From Saccostrea cucullata (lineage: Eukaryota), in contig NW_026935415.1 in NCBI RefSeq assembly GCF_032062105.1, positions 1 to 64,000 on the forward strand: 64,000 bases of DNA. Reading direction: 5' to 3'. Positions 58,301 through 64,000 of this stretch are shown here, piece after piece. Within the stretch, counting starts at the first letter, position 1; every line of letters starts with the position of its first letter. Both the position numbers and the translations under genes were made by a program. The notes below the pieces were generated by a model that was not told the DNA's origin, ran no database searches, and saw only the letters and a program-made list of their open reading frames with translations.

Positions 58301-61223
58301 GAGAGGAAATCAGACGACATTCTGGTGCTCACAGAAGAACTAGCATCGAAAGAAGGATGATTTTCATTTGGAACAGGGGAGAAGGGCCTTTCTTGTTCAC
58401 GAGGAGAGACGGAGAAAGAAGCAGATGGAGCTGACAACGTGGAGGCACTGCACGAAAGATTGGTGATGTTGTTGCTACTGCGGTTTTGATCAGGATTTGT
58501 CAGTAGAGAAAGGCAAGAGCTTACAGAGCGTTTTTGTTCATTGGACAAATCACGATTGTAGGTTTTTAAAGATGCTTCGCTGCGGTGCCCACTCATGAAC
58601 ATGATTTGTCGGGACTCGAAGCGATGATGGCTCATAGCAGTAATGGCCGTGGCTCTCAAGCAGTGAGGGGTGTAAGACTTCAGACATTTAGAAGACTTGC
58701 AAATATCAGACATGTATCCACTGAATGATCGCTTTGCCAAAGGTTTACATGTATACCATAAATCAGATCCAGAGTTGATTAGAGCTTCTTTAAAACATGT
58801 GTTAAAAAGACTTTTAGCATTGGGCTCTGTCTTGCTCATCAACAAGCGCAGCATCTGCACAGGGCAGATATCACTGCCAGGAACCTCGTAGATCCGCTTT
58901 CCGGCAGGAGCTTCATCTGATCCGATTCCTCCTTGGAAATTTTTTTGCTGAGTTTCATGCCGAAGTGTAATGTACTCTAATTTGTTCTCATCCTGGTGAA
59001 ATTCAAAGGAATCCATCTGTAATTGATGATGAAACTCTAGGCCACGGGTAACTAAATGGATAGACAAATTGTACCAAACGCATTGGCGAAGTACAATTGG
59101 GGAATGTGGGGCCGAAAGAAAATACGAGGATATGCGTTCAAGGTCTTCATGATGAATTACTGATTTGTGCTTCGTAGCTCTTGATACACCAGTTTTTGTC
59201 ATAGATTTTAGCATTCCATCTAAAGTGTAATTTGCCGTTTTGAATTCCTTGTCTCGGACAATATCTATCGATCTTCCTAAATCTTGAAGGTACCTGTTAA
59301 TTGCAGCACGGAGGTTTTTTTAAGCTGTTCTTGTGATAATTCTCTGCCTGCGCAGCGGTTAACTCTGCAGCCCTTTTTGGAGTTGATTTGGGTTTGGCTT
59401 CGCAATAAAATTTCCGCAATTTCTCAGCAAGGATCTCAGAAGTGACAGTTTTGAAATCGAGAACATCAGAAAAGACCTCCAAGTGCCAATTTATAAATTG
59501 TAAAGGGAATTTATCTCAACAATTGATTTGGATTGCATTAATTTTTATTTTTCAATTTTTCTGTTTTTATTTTTTATTTTCTAAAACTTTTATTTTTTTT
59601 CTATTCTTTAGTTTGCATTTTTGGTTGATTCGTTACATTGATATGTTAGTAAATGGTATTTCCTTTCTGTATTTTGTTTGCTTGTGTGCTTGCTAGGCTG
59701 GTAGCCTAATAGTCCTATACATGTACATATTAATTCTCTACTGTACATTCATTTGTTTATAGACTGCAGAGAAAAAAATCTGGTATGCCTTTGCGCTGGT
59801 GAATGTATCGTTTTACTGTAAATATACTTGTAGAACATGCTTTTGTCTTATTTACAAGGATGTATTCATATCAGCAGTATTCATTTGTTTGATTTGTTCA
59901 CTTTGTTTATAATTTATATTCCTTGTTTTGTTTATTGTTATTTTAAAGCAGTATTTATAAAATTATGTACCTTGAAAGAGTTTCACTCCCCATTGTGTAT
60001 TTCGTTTTGTTGAGAGAGATTGTCTGGAATCTTCAAATTGTTTCAAATTTTCCTCAGACATGGACTTGAATCTCTTAGTAGGGGGGGGGGGGGGCAGGCA
60101 TACCAGGGCTAGGAAGTCCCTCCATATCAGACATTTTTAGCTCCTTCTCGACCTCTTCAGTCTCTTCAACGCTTGCTGGAGCCATAAAAGGGAGATCCAG
60201 AGCGGCCATAATATCATTGTCAAACAGAAGATACAGCAATGGGTCATTATCGCAAAGGTCAAAATTGCCAAACTCGGCCATTGTTTTGGTAGGGGGGATG
60301 AAAGCAGACGTGTATTATGATAAATGAATAAGAACAGTGTTTTGTAATATAAAAGAATTTTGTTTTGAACAGATTTTATTCTATGTATTAAAATTATTTT
60401 GTTTTTAATTCGACGTTGTGTTTCAAAGCCTTTTATTCGAATTCAGCCGGGTTTGTTTACGTTCGTAGTAAAAGTAGTGACCCAGTTCTCAGAGGGTCAA
60501 TGTATTCATGCGCGCTATTCTTCATGTGACCTCTTGACCCCAAACTTGTTTTATTGGGATGTAAAAACGCCCGACTCCAGTAATGTTATGTAGGACAAAA
60601 CAATTGCAAGTGTAAATATTTAGTATTATCTATGTTTTTGTTATGGTATACCCATGTAAAGATCCTCAATATACTTCGTCTGTCTACAGCTATTTTCTAA
60701 AATTCGCAACTTCGTTGGTCTCTCCGATAAAACAAAAACAAAAAAATATAAAATAATAACAATCAACCACTACTTAAAAAAACATTGAAATAATGTAGTG
60801 GAACTTCTATATGTAGAGTTTGAAGATACGTTTAGTGATTCAATTCCACGCTTTTGAATGTTTTGTGGATGCATGCGTCCCGTTTTCTGACACCCAATCT
60901 GAAAAAATACATATTGAATACGTACCGCAACAGTACTTTCTAGCAAATACTTCTATTTCATGAATTGTGTAGTTCCTTCCAAGATCAATCCGAAGCCATG
61001 GTGTCTTTTCTATGTCAGTGTGAGAGTAGTCCGTAAGGAGGCCATTCACAGCCTTAGAGGCTGGAAATTCCCGGGTGTGATATTCCGAACTTTGATATGC
61101 TGGTTTTCCATACGCTACATTTCTAAGATCATTGTGGCCTACGGCAAATTTCATTATACATGTGAAAAATATAAACAAAGAGAGCAATATAGAGCGCGTC
61201 ATTATTGCCTCACTGTCCCACAT
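55308..61223 (-). CDS. Secreted single-domain F-type lectin (fucolectin-like), 2 coding exons
   Basis: Exon 61223 (or 61202)-60926: signal peptide, NVAYGKPAYQSS, ASKAVNG, SHT, PWLRIDLG, ARKYCC. Phase-1 intron 60925-55520. Exon 55519-55308: GQLHDFDVRVG...C...C...GRYVQL...LSPAEVLVWG. Confidence 0.9.
56209..57552. mobile_element. Non-autonomous Crypton-like element with 159-bp terminal hairpin
   Basis: Palindrome 56209-56367 (apex ATAAACCGC-GAA-GCGGTTTAT); TAATTAAATTT follows it, with near-inverse AAATTAAATTA at 57542-57552; TATTTA at both ends. Confidence 0.7.
56440..57422. mobile_element. TTAA-flanked non-autonomous transposon (Kolobok-like), nested in the hairpin element
   Basis: TTAA-GGGGGGACCTATGTC ... 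GACACAGGTCCCCCC-TTAA. Confidence 0.8.
57815..60618 (-). mobile_element. Crypton (tyrosine-recombinase DNA transposon), full-length but defective, in the lectin intron
   Basis: 160-bp hairpin 57815-57974; inverted pair TATTTACACTTG (57975) / CAAGTGTAAATA (60607-60618); intron-containing YR gene and no RT. Confidence 0.88.
58282..60281 (-). pseudogene. Crypton tyrosine recombinase (DUF3504 / KCTD1-like), 2 exons: 60281-59971 and 59490-58282
   Basis: STKRNTQWGVKLFQ|DW, LRKFYCEA, AAINRYL, TRGLE (R), QKN (K), CPV, HCLRAT (HxxR), SGHRS, KTY (Y). Frameshifts at homopolymers 60081-60094 and 59335-59341; acceptor reads AA instead of AG. Confidence 0.88.
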
Positions 61224-64000
61224 TCTCAATCTGATATGTTCATGTGAATCTCAATTTTCAGCTTAGTACAGAGTGTATTTGGATATCAAACTTAATAAAA
61301 CATTGTGACAGATGTACATGTATCTAAAGATCACTTGTGTATAGGCTACGGATGAAAAAAAAAATAAATACAATGTGCTGACTGTTACCTTTTTTTAAAG
61401 CAAAGTCTTCTTGATCTTCCCCGTTTAATTAAGGATCATGACTAAAATTTTGTAGTTCGCAAAAATGTTAGAAACAATCAATGATCTTCTGTTTAATATT
61501 TACATGAAATAACCTTCATGATATGTTAAAATAAGCTCTTATTAACATAATATGTCGACACTTTACAAATTTTGCAAACATTATAAAACTACTTATGAAT
61601 TTAAAATCATTGAACATGATGATACTTTTCGTTCGATACTTATTTATTCAAGATATATCCCCATGTATTTCATCTATATAGTAAGAGACTATAACATAAT
61701 GAATTCGTGGTACGTGTCCTACGAAGGAGAGGGAAAAATAATTATAACTCATTCCTATTTCAAAATTTATAATATTTATCATTCAGGCAGACGAATATTT
61801 CAGCATATATAATTAACGTCATTCTTTGTCATTTTATGTTCAAAATCAAATAACTCTCTCTCTCTCTTTCTCTCTCTCTCCTACAGTGCTTACGGATGTA
61901 TGTTTTTCTCCGTACCTATTTTCTATGATGTATCCTCAATATTTAAAACTGGATACCACCAATACATGTAACAGGTGGGTGTAATAAAAAATATAATCGC
62001 AACTCAAAATAACCTTTAAGGTCTTTCCACCCTCACAATTTTAATGGTTCAAAGTACAAAAACAGCATTTATTTTTACTTAACATAGTTTAAATTAACCT
62101 ATTATTGCAAAAAATGTATAGGTTGCCATATTATTTAAGACGGGAGACATATATAAACAGAGGTACTAGCATACCGGAATATCAACATAAAAAATCGTTC
62201 ATTTTTTTGTGAACAGTGGTATAAAGTAAAAACTGGTTCAAATGCATAATTCTGATGCTGAAAGTATACCTGCTACCTACGAGACACTTTTGAATTTTGA
62301 ATATCAGGGAAACTATTTTACATTATAACTACAATATAGATACCTAAGAAGGAGTTATTGACTTTGTCAAAATTCTTAAAGATTGAATAATTGAATAAAT
62401 AAAGAAAATAATTATTCATCTTTTAAATTCTTTTACTTAGCAATATTTATCATAACACTTACTGAAAACACACAACACGCCATCAAACACCGGGTGATCT
62501 AATTGTGGTTGTGTTAGAAAGTGTACATGGGGAAACGAGACGTTTTTTTTAAAATTAGTTCAGTAAAATAATGATACATGTAACATGTATAAAATCACTT
62601 CTAGGCTACTGAAATGAGCAGATAATGCTTATCTACCATTTCCGGGCTCTCGTGTTGGTTGCCTCGGGTGTGCCGTTGGTCCTGTTGAACATGCAGGGGG
62701 TCTGGCGGGTGTACAAGGTAATTTTGTCTTGGATCTCCTTGAGGAACCTACTCTCAACTATCCCATGCTCATATTTTTAATCAAACCGTCAGAGATTTGT
62801 TTAGTTACTAATTATTGATGTTTAAACATGCATTCTCTTTAATCATGTTTTGAAACTCTCTTGCTTTATGATACCATTTTCTGAAGAATAAGTTAATAAA
62901 TTTTTAACAAATTTATAAAACATGAATAATATGTTTGCTATTTTCTTACTTAAATGTCTTCTGTTGAAACAATACTTAGCCGATGAACCTTGATTTTTTT
63001 TATGCATCGAAGACCTAGCACATGCTCATCAATGCTCATGTATTTATTACCGTAGAATCGTAATAATAAAACCTCACAATTTCGGGAAACGGGTTGCATT
63101 TTGTAGACACTTATAATTTCACACTAGAAAGCAATAAACTTCCTCCTCAATGATAACTGTGTTTATCTTTAAGGGATAAATCTGATTATTACTGGCGCAA
63201 AATGACAATCTACTTTCTAATGACCCTAGGTCCTATAGTTGAAAGTACATTTTATCCTCCTGCAGGACAAAATTCTTCTCAGTGAAGTATTTTACATTCT
63301 TTGTTGACTTAAACAATATTTGAAGAGTTTTATAAGTTCATATTATTGAATATTTTGACAATCTCGGCTGAACTTTGTCGATGTTCATCTTACGTTTCAT
63401 TTCCACACTGTGCACAGAATATTGTATTCATACGATGTATAGAAATAATTGATTATATGAAGGCTTCAAAGAGAAATACTTTTAAGAAATCGTTATTTGA
63501 ATTATGAGAATTAAACGTTCTTTTTTCCAAAAATTGTAATGTGTAAACTCATTCCTTTGTAGGCATAAATTTAACATAAAAGTGCGGACGTTTAATCCTA
63601 TAATAGCTTGATACACATTTCTTTCAGTAGTGGTATGTAAAGGAAAACACATGCAAATGTGTAAATATTGTTGTATTAATGGAATATAATAGGATACAAA
63701 TGAAAAAAAAATGGAAATTATATGGAAAATTATAGAACAAAAATTAAAAATATATATAACTATATAAATGACAAATCGAAAATCATAAAATACAAAATTC
63801 TACAAGATAAATTGATTATCATAGAATACAAGTAGAAAATTATATAATAGAAATAAAAAATATTTTATAAAATAAAAGACTAAACTAGATGCTGTCATGA
63901 GACAGTAATACCCGCACTAAGGTGTTTGCCTCTAAATACACGCTCCTACATACTGGGCGGCTTTCCAAGGAAAAAGTCAAAATTATTCTATATAATTTAC

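Overview
AT-rich, intron-containing animal DNA. The repeat landscape (Helentron-type HINE with a ~160-bp satellite, tRNA-derived SINEs) and gene content (C1q-domain, F-type lectin) point to a bivalve, probably an oyster; this is inference. Host genes: (1) last exon of a C1q-domain gene; (2) a 25-kb leucine-rich-repeat gene that the ORF track misses almost entirely, with signal peptide + LRRNT, 19 intact 72-nt phase-2/phase-2 exons each encoding one 24-aa LRR, 3 damaged LRR exons, then LRRCT, a short stalk and a probable GPI signal (the domain plan of jawless-fish VLRs, built by tandem exon duplication); (3) a 5-exon cytochrome P450 with an atypical I-helix and a premature stop; (4) a 2-exon F-type lectin on the minus strand. 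Mobile DNA: a young, apparently intact Ngaro tyrosine-recombinase retrotransposon (SGNH, gag, RT/RNase H, YR, split direct repeats, two stem-loop arrays); a Crypton tyrosine-recombinase DNA transposon plus non-autonomous elements that start with a 159-161-bp hairpin whose length, ends and apex are conserved although the arms are unrelated; and mariner-, Kolobok-, Mutator- and CACTA-like MITEs, a LINE RT fragment and SINEs. All coordinates were read by eye and no database searches were run.
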